DNA of 32,000 bases from Clostridium pasteurianum (GTDB taxonomy: Bacteria; Bacillota; Clostridia; Clostridiales; Clostridiaceae). The first letter of the stretch is position 1, and every line of letters starts with the position of its first letter. The position numbers and the translations under genes were made by a program. The stretch covers positions 3,010,181 through 3,042,180 of the forward strand of contig NZ_MCGV01000001.1 of NCBI RefSeq assembly GCF_001705235.1, given 5' to 3'. Below, piece by piece: positions 1 to 8,420 of the stretch. Under the pieces are notes generated by a model. It had not been told where the DNA came from and made no database searches. It saw only the letters and a list, made by a program, of their open reading frames with translations.

Positions 1-250
1 TATGACCATTTTTATAATACAATTATATCATTTATGTAATCGCTAATCATATATATTTTTTAAGCTGAACGTTTGAAAATAAATCCGTTTATGGTGCAGA
101 ACAACTAAATGAAGCAACTGCTGAATTAAGAATGGGGTCTTTTGTAATCTAACGAGACGAAAAAGGTTGTAATCTGCTAAAGCCCGAACGTCATATATGA
201 AAGTATCCTTCTGCTGACGCTACGGAAAATTTAAAATTTGAAATTAGAGG

Positions 251-487
251 CTTTCCATAGTGAAATGGAGGAAAGGTGTCCTTGTTTTTATTTTAAGGAA
301 AGGAATAGTATTGGGGGAACGGTTTAAATAAAATTCAATAAGTCTTGCCGCAAATTATAAAAAAACTTAGAAATTTTAATTTGTTTGAGCTTTTTTTCAG
401 CGATTTATTAAAATTTATTAGTTCTTTTATAATTTGTAGCTTAGACTTATGAGTTTTATTTAATGTTTCCTAAATACTACTCCTTCC
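251..487 (+). repeat. Long-hairpin repeat element, copy 1 (stem-loop 251-275, hairpin 297-487)
   Basis: CTTTCCATAGTGAAATGGAGGAAAG at 251-275 is shared with the copies at 5094 and 21966. Arms 297-380 and 405-487 are near-complementary. The apical loop TTGTTTGAGC-N7-CAGCGATTTAT is shared with copies 2 and 3. Upstream GGAAAATTTAAA (224-235) also occurs before copy 4, so the left boundary may be near 223. Confidence 0.8.
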
Positions 488-520
488 CTAATATGCTATA
501 CTAGAAATGAGGTGATAGCA

Positions 521-1150
521 ATGCTTAAATGGAGAGAACTGTATGATGAGTGTTTAGAATGTCATAAATGTGCACTTGGTGAAAATAGAAAAAATATGGT
601 TTTTGGTGAAGGAAATCTTGAATCAAAATTGATGTTTATAGGAGAGGCTCCAGGAGCTGACGAGGATAGGCTTGGAAGACCTTTTGTTGGAAGAGCAGGT
701 CAACTTTTAACTAAGGGATTAACTACTTTAGATTTATTGAGAGAAAGAGATTATTATATAGCAAATATATGTAAATGCAGACCGGAAAAAAATAGAACCC
801 CGTATGAGGATGAGGCAGATAGTTGTCTTCCATATTTAAGAAATCAGTTTGCCTTGGTAAAACCCAAAATAGTTGTATTATTAGGAGCAACTGCCATGAA
901 GTTTGTGATGGAGCCAGCCTTAAAAAAAGTTTTAGAGAATGGCAGTGAAGACGATATAAATAATGAAATTAAAAACTCTGTAAAAGGTGGTCAAATGAGG
1001 ATTACAAGGGATAGAGGAAAATGGCTTAAAGTTAAAGGAATTTATATGATGGCAACCTTTCATCCAGCAGCATTGTTTAGGGATGAAGCTAAGAAAAAAA
1101 TATTTTGGGAGGATTTGAAGTTAGTTAAAGCTAAGTATGATGAGCTGTGA
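521..1150 (+). CDS. Uracil-DNA glycosylase, family 4 (Fe-S type)
   Basis: GEAPGADED and FVGRAGQLL motifs, C-terminal HPAALFR, and Cys residues (CLECHKC, ICKC) typical of family-4 UDG. The ATG at 521 lies 6 nt after GAGGTGA; the ORF-track start at 512 is a GTG with no SD. Confidence 0.85.
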   Translation: MLKWRELYDECLECHKCALGENRKNMVFGEGNLESKLMFIGEAPGADEDRLGRPFVGRAGQLLTKGLTTLDLLRERDYYIANICKCRPEKNRTPYEDEADSCLPYLRNQFALVKPKIVVLLGATAMKFVMEPALKKVLENGSEDDINNEIKNSVKGGQMRITRDRGKWLKVKGIYMMATFHPAALFRDEAKKKIFWEDLKLVKAKYDEL

Positions 1151-1161
1151 GGTGATTTATT

Positions 1162-4100
1162 ATGTTTAATGTAACTGAGGATAGTATTAAACAGTGGATG
1201 AAACCCAAAATATACACGGAATCCTTAAGCTTTTATGAAAATGATAATATTAGTAGCATACAAATAAACGAGAGCCATAATGAATTTTATAATGCAAATT
1301 TCGTTGAACTAAAAGGAGAAGTAGAAGATTTAAATGGAAATGTACATGAGGCTCTCTTATTATTTAATGATAAAACAGGTATAAATATTATTAAATGCGA
1401 TTGCAAAAAATCCAAAATTGATGATATTTGCAGTCATGTTGGTGGTATTTTAATAAAATATGTAAGGGAAAAAGGATACATTAGTGATAAATCAAAAGAC
1501 TATTTTACCGAAAAGTTTTTAGATAGGATAAAATGTGATCTTATAAGGCGTGGTAAATCAGGAATTCCTGTTAATATGGAAATAAGGATTCATTATTTTA
1601 CAGAAGAATTTAATAGGAGTTATGCGGAGATAAAAGCAGGGGAAGAAAAATTGTATGTAGTTAGAGATATAAGTAAGTTTCTAAATTCAGTTTTGTTAAA
1701 TAAAAATATTGAATTAGGAAAAGAATTTACATACAATCGTGATAAATATTACATAAAATCAGAGGATAAAGAGACTATTAATTGTCTTTATGAAATCTAT
1801 AAGAATAACATTATAGGACTTGTACAAGATAACGAAAAAATGATTTCAGGCAAGAAGGTATATCTCATAGGGACCGATATTAGAAGGATAATGGAAGCAA
1901 TGAAAGATAGAATGTTCAAGTTCTCTATTGATGGAGAGGAAGATATTTCTGTAAGTATAACTAATAAATTTCCTCCAATATACATAAAGTTAGAACAAAA
2001 AAATGAATTCCTTCAATTAATATTAATGGGAGACACTCCTATATCACTTACATATGACAGCAAATACATATATTATAAAGAAAATATATATAGGCTAAAT
2101 GAATATCAAATGGGTGTTTTTAAATTACTGATTGGCGAATTTTTAAGAAATAGTAACATAATAAAATTTAGTGCGGAAAAATCTCAGGAAGTATTATCAT
2201 ATATACTTCCTATTTTAAGTCAATTGGAAATACGAAAGAATGTAGATGATAAAATCAATGAAAAACTTTATAATAAAATGCTAAAACCTGAGATTTATAT
2301 AGATAAATTTCATAGAGGCATGCTAATAAATGTTAGATATAATTATGATAATACAAATGCAAATAATGAAAAAAGTATTATTCTTAAGGATATAATGCTT
2401 GAGGTAGAAATTATACGTATTTTAAAAGAGTTTAAATTTGAAAAGTTAGAGACAGGATATGTAAATATTAATTTAGAAAATATAGTTCACTTTATGGCTT
2501 ATGGAATCGTTGAAATTCAGAAAAAGGGCTGCCAGGTTTTTTATTCTGAAGATTTTAAGAGCTATAAAGTATATTCTGAGTCAAGTTATAGAGGAAATAT
2601 AAGGCTAAATGATAGAAGTGAGCTTGAGATAAATTTCCAAATAGAAGGTGTTGATGCTGAAAAACTTCAAAACATATTTAATGCTATTGATGAAAAAAAG
2701 AAGTACTACGAATTAAAGGAAGGCAAATTTGTTGATTTAGATAACAAAGCTATAAAAAGTGTTAGAGATATGTTTCATTATCTTGACATAAGTCCTTTAA
2801 AGGCAGCTCAAACAGGCGTAGTGCTTTCAAAATATAATAGTTTTTATGTGGATAAGTATGTTGATGAAGAAAAGTTGGTATTTTTTAATAAGAATAAAAG
2901 GCTTAAAAAAGCAGTGAATTCATTAAAAAATGTAGATGATATAGAAATAAAATTACCCATTGAGTTTAAAGATGTAATGAGAGAATATCAAAAAAAGGGG
3001 TTTAGGTGGTTTAAGATACTTGACCATTTTGGATTTGGTGGGATACTTGCAGATGAAATGGGACTAGGTAAAACGCTTCAAACAATAGCTTTTATATGCT
3101 CAGAAAAAGAATACAGGAAACCAAGTATTATAGTTGTGCCTACATCAATAGTATACAACTGGCAGGAGGAAATAAAAAAATTTGCTCCTAAGCTTAAAGT
3201 TTTAATTATAAGCGGAAGTAAGCACGAAAGAAAAAAATTAATAAAAAACTGCATGGATTACAATGTTATTATAACTTCTTATCCTCTTATAAGAATTGAT
3301 ATAGAGGAGTATAGTAATATAGAATTTAAATATTGTTTTTTAGATGAGGCACAGTATATAAAGAATAAAGCTTCAATTTCAGCTAGAGCGGTAAAGAGAA
3401 TAAAGGCTAAAAATCGTTTTGCACTTACGGGAACTCCTATAGAAAATTCACTTTCAGAATTATGGTCTATATTTGATTTTATAATGCCTGGGTATCTTTT
3501 AAGTCATTCAAAGTTTGTAAAAAATTATGAGAAGCCTATTATTAAGGATAAAAATAGCAGGGCAGCAATTGAATTAAATAGACATATTAGACCGTTTATT
3601 TTACGCAGAATTAAGAAGAATGTAGTAAAGGAATTACCAGATAAAATTGAACATGAGATTTTAGTTGATATGACTAAAAAGCAAAAAGAAGTTTATCATT
3701 CATATCTTAAAAATGGAAGAAATAAGGTATATGAAAATATAAAAGATAAGGGCATAAATAATAGCAAGTTTATAATATTAGGCCTTTTAACAAGATTAAG
3801 ACAAATATGCAGTAATCCCGCTTCATTTATTAAAAATTATAGTGGAGAAAATTCTAAAATGGATGTGCTTATGGATATTTTAACAGATGGGATAGCAAAT
3901 GGTCACAGGATATTGGTATTTTCACAATTTGTAAGTGTACTTAAAATTGTGAAAGATAGACTTAATGAAGAAAATATATCGTATATGTACCTTGATGGAA
4001 GTACTAAAATGAAGGAAAGAGTTGAACTTGCAGATAGATTTAATATGGGAGATGGAAAGGTATTTTTAATATCACTTAAAGCTGGTGGTACAGGACTTAA

Positions 4101-4371
4101 TTTAGTAGGGGCTGATATTGTAGTACACTTTGATCCTTGGTGGAATCCAGCTGTAGAGGAGCAAGCTTCTGATAGAGCTCATAGAATAGGTCAAAAGCAT
4201 AATGTTGAAATTATAAAACTTATAGCACGTGACACTATAGAAGAAAATATATATAATCTCCAGAAAAAAAAGAAAATGATTGCAAATGCAGTAGTTGACG
4301 AGGTTAATTATACTGATGAAAATATTTTATTAAATTTGAAAGAAACAGAAATAAAAAAAATATTAGGCTGA
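1162..4371 (+). CDS. SNF2-family helicase with N-terminal SWIM zinc finger
   Basis: SWIM signature CDCKKSKIDDICSHV. Helicase motifs LADEMGLGKT (I), DEAQYIKN (II), LTGTPIEN (III) and QASDRAHRIGQ (VI). Starts 11 nt after the UDG stop, preceded by GAGGTGA. Confidence 0.9.
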   Translation: MFNVTEDSIKQWMKPKIYTESLSFYENDNISSIQINESHNEFYNANFVELKGEVEDLNGNVHEALLLFNDKTGINIIKCDCKKSKIDDICSHVGGILIKYVREKGYISDKSKDYFTEKFLDRIKCDLIRRGKSGIPVNMEIRIHYFTEEFNRSYAEIKAGEEKLYVVRDISKFLNSVLLNKNIELGKEFTYNRDKYYIKSEDKETINCLYEIYKNNIIGLVQDNEKMISGKKVYLIGTDIRRIMEAMKDRMFKFSIDGEEDISVSITNKFPPIYIKLEQKNEFLQLILMGDTPISLTYDSKYIYYKENIYRLNEYQMGVFKLLIGEFLRNSNIIKFSAEKSQEVLSYILPILSQLEIRKNVDDKINEKLYNKMLKPEIYIDKFHRGMLINVRYNYDNTNANNEKSIILKDIMLEVEIIRILKEFKFEKLETGYVNINLENIVHFMAYGIVEIQKKGCQVFYSEDFKSYKVYSESSYRGNIRLNDRSELEINFQIEGVDAEKLQNIFNAIDEKKKYYELKEGKFVDLDNKAIKSVRDMFHYLDISPLKAAQTGVVLSKYNSFYVDKYVDEEKLVFFNKNKRLKKAVNSLKNVDDIEIKLPIEFKDVMREYQKKGFRWFKILDHFGFGGILADEMGLGKTLQTIAFICSEKEYRKPSIIVVPTSIVYNWQEEIKKFAPKLKVLIISGSKHERKKLIKNCMDYNVIITSYPLIRIDIEEYSNIEFKYCFLDEAQYIKNKASISARAVKRIKAKNRFALTGTPIENSLSELWSIFDFIMPGYLLSHSKFVKNYEKPIIKDKNSRAAIELNRHIRPFILRRIKKNVVKELPDKIEHEILVDMTKKQKEVYHSYLKNGRNKVYENIKDKGINNSKFIILGLLTRLRQICSNPASFIKNYSGENSKMDVLMDILTDGIANGHRILVFSQFVSVLKIVKDRLNEENISYMYLDGSTKMKERVELADRFNMGDGKVFLISLKAGGTGLNLVGADIVVHFDPWWNPAVEEQASDRAHRIGQKHNVEIIKLIARDTIEENIYNLQKKKKMIANAVVDEVNYTDENILLNLKETEIKKILG

Positions 4372-4526
4372 AATTGTAAAATGATAATTTAAGGTATATA
4401 ATTTTAATATACTATGGTTACTAAAAGGGCATAATTAGTGATGATAATTATAAACATATCAGGATCAGCTTAATAATTAACTTATGCTTAGCATTGATTC
4501 TTATTATAATTAGGGGGGGAATATGA

Positions 4527-4994
4527 TTGAGTTACTATGCTGATGAAAAAAATTTTGAAATAAAATCACCTGTTGATGGAGCAATACTTGATATTTCTAA
4601 AGTCGATGATTATGTATTTTCCAAAAAACTTGCAGGAGATGGAGTTGCTGTAAGATTTAAGACAAATAAAATAACTTCACCTATCAATGGAATTGTGAAG
4701 TTGGTATTATGCACAAAAAACGGAGTAGGAATAGAAAGTGAGAATGGGATTGAGGTATTACTACATATAAATGTTGAAAAAGTAGCTAATAAAAAAGGAT
4801 TTTGTTTAAAGGTTAACGAAGGTGATACGGTAAATATTGGCGATGATATTCTTTGCATAGATGACAGTGTTCTTAAAAATGAGGAATTGACATTATGCGT
4901 AATAGTTACCAATATGAATGATGTTAAAGAAATACACAAAAATTCTGATCACATGGTTTCAAGGGAAGAACCTTTGTTTGCTGTAAGCATATAA
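4527..4994 (+). CDS. Stand-alone PTS EIIA(Glc)-like domain protein with an atypical active site
   Basis: Aligns by eye to E. coli Crr (GDGVAV, GIESENGIEVLLH, KGF, GD.V..GD). The phospho-His equivalent (H80) is present, but the second catalytic His is Asn (TKNG). TTG start 6 nt after AGGGGGGGA. Confidence 0.7.
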   Translation: MSYYADEKNFEIKSPVDGAILDISKVDDYVFSKKLAGDGVAVRFKTNKITSPINGIVKLVLCTKNGVGIESENGIEVLLHINVEKVANKKGFCLKVNEGDTVNIGDDILCIDDSVLKNEELTLCVIVTNMNDVKEIHKNSDHMVSREEPLFAVSI

Positions 4995-5014
4995 AGAGCT
5001 TGGACTAATATATG

Positions 5015-5050
5015 AAAGGGCGATGGAACTATATTCCATTGCCCCTTTTA
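5015..5050 (+). terminator. Intrinsic terminator after the EIIA-like gene
   Basis: AAAGGGCGATGGAA-CTATAT-TCCATTGCCCCTTT stem-loop followed by TTTT. Confidence 0.6.
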
Positions 5051-5093
5051 GCCTTAAGTAAGTAACTAAAAAAATTAATACTAAAGTTAAAAA

Positions 5094-5331
5094 CTTTCCG
5101 TAGTGAAACGGAGAAAAGGTTTCGTTGTTTTTATTCTAAATGAAGTAACAGTATTTTGGCAACGATTTAAATAAAACTTAATAAGTCTTGCTTCAAATTA
5201 CAAAAGGACTTAGAAATTTTAATTTGTCTGAGCATCTTTTCAGCGAGTTATCAAAATTTCCTAGTCCTTTTATAATTTGGAGCTTAGACTTATGAGTTTT
5301 ATTTAATGTTGCCAAAATACTGTTACTTCAT
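5094..5331 (+). repeat. Long-hairpin repeat element, copy 2 (stem-loop 5094-5118, hairpin 5140-5331)
   Basis: CTTTCCGTAGTGAAACGGAGAAAAG, then a TGTTTTTAT spacer. The basal 24 bp ATGAAGTAACAGTATTTTGGCAAC / GTTGCCAAAATACTGTTACTTCAT pair perfectly. The central part closely resembles copy 1 by eye. The right arm contains the telA stop codon. Confidence 0.85.
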
Positions 5332-6471
5332 CTTTTTCAAGTATTCAACTTTTAAATTATTAAGTTTATTCATACCCTCATCACGGAGCTTTTTATTTTC
5401 TTCTTCTATTCTTTCTGTCTCATTAATTCCATCCATTATTATTTTCCATGTTTCTTCAAGTGTCTCGATTTTTATTGATGGAGAACCGGTTATTTTTGCT
5501 ATATCAATACTTTGGTCTTTTATATTATTGGCATTTTTTAAAAGAAGTTCATTTGTAGCCTTATCTAAAGCTTCCATGGATTTTGCTACTGATTTTTGTC
5601 TTCTTAAAGTTATAGCCTGTATTAGACCATTTTTAAATACTGGTAGAGTTACTATAAAAGCAGAATGAATTTTACCTATCAGTTTATAGTTACCTTTCTG
5701 TATTGTTCGTATTTGAGGAGCTGTTTGCATAGAAACCATTTTTGCCATTTCAAGATCATAAAGTCTTTGTTTTAACATTTCAAGTGAATACTGCACTTCT
5801 TGAAGTTTAAGGGCATCTTCTTGAAGACCACTTTCTGCCTTTTCAGTCCAATAAGGTATGTCTTCACGTTCTATTTCTTGTATTGTAAGTTCACAGGCAG
5901 CAGAATATTTTTCAAGCTCTATGTAATAATCAAAATTTTGAGCAAACATTTCTTCAAGCATTTTGTTAGTATCCATTATTTCTGTTTTGTAGGAGCTTAT
6001 CCTAGAATAGATTCTGTCTATTTCAGTTCCAAAGCTCTGATATTTCTTTAAAATGCTCTGAACTGTTTTTTTGCCGGAATTAAATATTTTTGAAAAAAAT
6101 CCTTCTGGTTTTTCCTCAAGTTCCTGCTTATCAAATTTGCTCATTATTATAGTCAATTCCTTTAAAAGAGCACTGGAGTTTTCAACACTACTTAGCTTCA
6201 TTGTTTTTAATATTCTATCTGAAAACTGTGAAATTTGTTCAGCAGGAGCATTACCAAATTGCATTATTGAATTTATATCCATTACGTTCAGATTCTTTGA
6301 AATTTCAATTACTTCTGGAGAGTTTTTTAGTTTTTCATTTATTTGTTTTATTTTATCTTCTATTTCTTTATCTGTGTCGGAAATGTTATTATTGTCATTA
6401 TTAGAGATATCATTTTTTATGACTGTGTTATCTTCTTTATCATTATTAAAATTAAATCTCATTAAAGTCAT
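5323..6471 (-). CDS. telA: TelA / toxic anion resistance family protein (YceH-like)
   Basis: About 380 aa, coiled-coil rich, with the MQFGNAPAEQISQFSDRIL region typical of TelA (PF05816) as I recall it. Its ATG overlaps the upstream TGA (ATGA), indicating translational coupling. An alternative start is the ATG at 6462. Confidence 0.75.
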   Translation of the reverse strand: MTLMRFNFNNDKEDNTVIKNDISNNDNNNISDTDKEIEDKIKQINEKLKNSPEVIEISKNLNVMDINSIMQFGNAPAEQISQFSDRILKTMKLSSVENSSALLKELTIIMSKFDKQELEEKPEGFFSKIFNSGKKTVQSILKKYQSFGTEIDRIYSRISSYKTEIMDTNKMLEEMFAQNFDYYIELEKYSAACELTIQEIEREDIPYWTEKAESGLQEDALKLQEVQYSLEMLKQRLYDLEMAKMVSMQTAPQIRTIQKGNYKLIGKIHSAFIVTLPVFKNGLIQAITLRRQKSVAKSMEALDKATNELLLKNANNIKDQSIDIAKITGSPSIKIETLEETWKIIMDGINETERIEEENKKLRDEGMNKLNNLKVEYLKKMK

Positions 6472-7469
6472 CCCCTTTTAAAGAATATTTTAATTTTTCT
6501 AATTAGGTATGTAAAAAAGTTGTTTCTTTTATATCTAAGATTTTGATTTATAAATTGAAGTCTATGTAAATCAAAATAGGATTCATCTATAAAATTTTCT
6601 ATATCATTTGTTCCAGCAGGATTAAAGATTACAACATCTACGCCCATGGAGTTCATGAACATCAATATTACAGCATCTGAAAAAGAAAAATTACCGCTTT
6701 TTCCGTTGTTATATAATATGATTTTAGGAACATTAAGAGGGTAATCAAAATTCTGCAATATATTAAGCAGCCTGTTGTCGAGATTTAGCATGATACTTAA
6801 TATAGATATTTTCATCATAAGTCTTTCTCTAGCACTTTTATCATTTTTGTACATGAGAAAGTTGGTGAATTTATCAAGTAAAGAAAATCTTATATTTATG
6901 GAAAAACATTTTGCTTTCCAAAAATCAGGTAAGGCACAAAATTCAAGTATCCTATCAGCTATATTTTCCTGCAGCCCTGATTTTAGAGAAGTATATTTCC
7001 AGTATTCTGAAGTAAGGAGCCTCTCCTTATCTATTTGGCCCTTTTTATTCAAAAGCGATGAATAAATTTTAACTATGTTGCCTGGAGGAAAGATACGAAA
7101 CATTGGAAAGCGTTTGAAAAAAAGTACATTTTGCTGATCCACAAGAGTATTTATATCATCTCTATATTTTACTACATCTTCATATACACCACTTATTTTA
7201 GAAAAAATATTAGGCACATGAACTTTATTACCTTCTATTTTCCATCCAGGACGTATAACTGCTTCTTCAGAGCTCCATATATTTATTTCATCGTAAGTGG
7301 TTTTTAGAGTATCTGCACAAACTTCATAGTCAGCAAATTGCCATGGTTCATAATAATAAGAATCTTTATCATGAAATTTTTCTTTGAATTCTTTTGTAGC
7401 TTTAAAGGCGTAAGTTTCGGTTCGATTGTCTGTTTCATATTTATTATTGTCTTCATTTAAGTGAGACAC
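6468..7469 (-). CDS. YceG-like protein (partner of TelA in the yceG-yceH type module)
   Basis: Placed immediately upstream of telA and coupled to it. The call rests on gene context and general resemblance, not on a diagnostic motif. GTG start 6 nt after GGAGGGG. Confidence 0.45.
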   Translation of the reverse strand: MSHLNEDNNKYETDNRTETYAFKATKEFKEKFHDKDSYYYEPWQFADYEVCADTLKTTYDEINIWSSEEAVIRPGWKIEGNKVHVPNIFSKISGVYEDVVKYRDDINTLVDQQNVLFFKRFPMFRIFPPGNIVKIYSSLLNKKGQIDKERLLTSEYWKYTSLKSGLQENIADRILEFCALPDFWKAKCFSINIRFSLLDKFTNFLMYKNDKSARERLMMKISILSIMLNLDNRLLNILQNFDYPLNVPKIILYNNGKSGNFSFSDAVILMFMNSMGVDVVIFNPAGTNDIENFIDESYFDLHRLQFINQNLRYKRNNFFTYLIRKIKIFFKRG

Positions 7470-7627
7470 TTAATTCCCCTCCCCAGATAATTATAAAAAT
7501 TAATTTATATGTTATTAAATATTATATCAAAAAAACATAATTATAGGCTAAAGATATATGCAAATTAAAAAAATCTTTCATATATTAATGATATACTATA
7601 GTTATTATAATTTTAGGAGAAATGATT

Positions 7628-8407
7628 ATGAGCACAAAACATATGGTTCTTATAACAGGGGCTTCTACAGGGATTGGACGTGAAATGGCAAAAATATTTG
7701 CTCAAAATGGATTTAGCATTGTGATTGCAGCTAGAAATAGGTCTAAATTGATTGAACTGTCTGATGAAATTAAAAAGAAGTATACGGTAGAAGTTTTAGT
7801 AATGCCAAAGGACTTATCTATTAAAAATTCAGCTAAAGAACTTTTTGATGAAATAAGAGAGAAGAATATTGAAATAGATACACTTGTAAATAATGCAGGT
7901 ATGGGAGATTGTGGCTTTTTTCATGAATCTAGTGTGGATAAAGATACAGAAATGATTGAACTTAATATAACTTCTTTGACCATTTTAACCAGAATTTTTT
8001 CTGAAGATATGGTAAGACACGGCAGCGGAAAAATATTAAATGTAGCTTCAACTGGTGCATATATGCCAGGACCATTTATTGCAGTTTATTATGCTACAAA
8101 GGCTTATGTTTTATCATTTACTGAAGCTATTGCAAATGAACTTAAAGAATTTAATATACAGGTATCGGCGCTTTGCCCCGGGGCTACTATTACTGAATTT
8201 GCTAAGAGAGCAGGAAAGTTAGAACTTAAGGGAGCTATGAGTGCAGAAAGTGTGGCTAGAATTGGCTTTACAGAATTTATGAAAGGAAAACAAGTTATAA
8301 TTCCAGGATTTTTTAATAAAGTAGGATTATTATTTTCAAAATTTCTCCCTAGAAGGATTTTAGCATACGTAATTGGAAAAACGCAAAGAAAGTTGCACAT
8401 AGGGTAA
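7628..8407 (+). CDS. Short-chain dehydrogenase/reductase (SDR)
   Basis: TGASTGIGRE (TGxxxGxG), NNAG, and the catalytic Y-x3-K in YYATKAY. The ATG at 7628 has 8-nt spacing from AGGAG; the ATG at 7622 is too close. Confidence 0.9.
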   Translation: MSTKHMVLITGASTGIGREMAKIFAQNGFSIVIAARNRSKLIELSDEIKKKYTVEVLVMPKDLSIKNSAKELFDEIREKNIEIDTLVNNAGMGDCGFFHESSVDKDTEMIELNITSLTILTRIFSEDMVRHGSGKILNVASTGAYMPGPFIAVYYATKAYVLSFTEAIANELKEFNIQVSALCPGATITEFAKRAGKLELKGAMSAESVARIGFTEFMKGKQVIIPGFFNKVGLLFSKFLPRRILAYVIGKTQRKLHIG

Positions 8408-8420
8408 AGGCGGTGAAATA

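Noticed and set aside
276-298. Possible mini-ORF in the repeat spacer (VSLFLF-stop in copies 1 and 2, with apparently synonymous differences)
   Set aside because: The first codon is GTG in copy 1 but GTT, not a start codon, in copy 2. The GGAGG lies only 4 nt upstream. Copies 3-5 do not preserve the frame. The similarity is explained by DNA-level homology.
5306-7065. Several plus-strand ORFs (5306-5668, 5800-6051, 6071-6481, 6201-6404, 6775-7065) antisense to telA and the YceG-like gene
   Set aside because: These are Phe/Leu/Ser/Ile-rich shadow ORFs, typical of the antisense strand of AT-rich genes. They overlap well-supported genes and have no SD. The same reasoning applies to the other antisense track ORFs: 1797-1985, 4610-4939, 8104-8400, 8630-8830, 12102-12350, 13751-13989, 15187-15447, 15544-15839, 16678-16881, 16958-17158, 18012-18302, 20574-20792, 20874-21170, 23995-24354, 27454-27672, 29832-30152 and 31554-31739.
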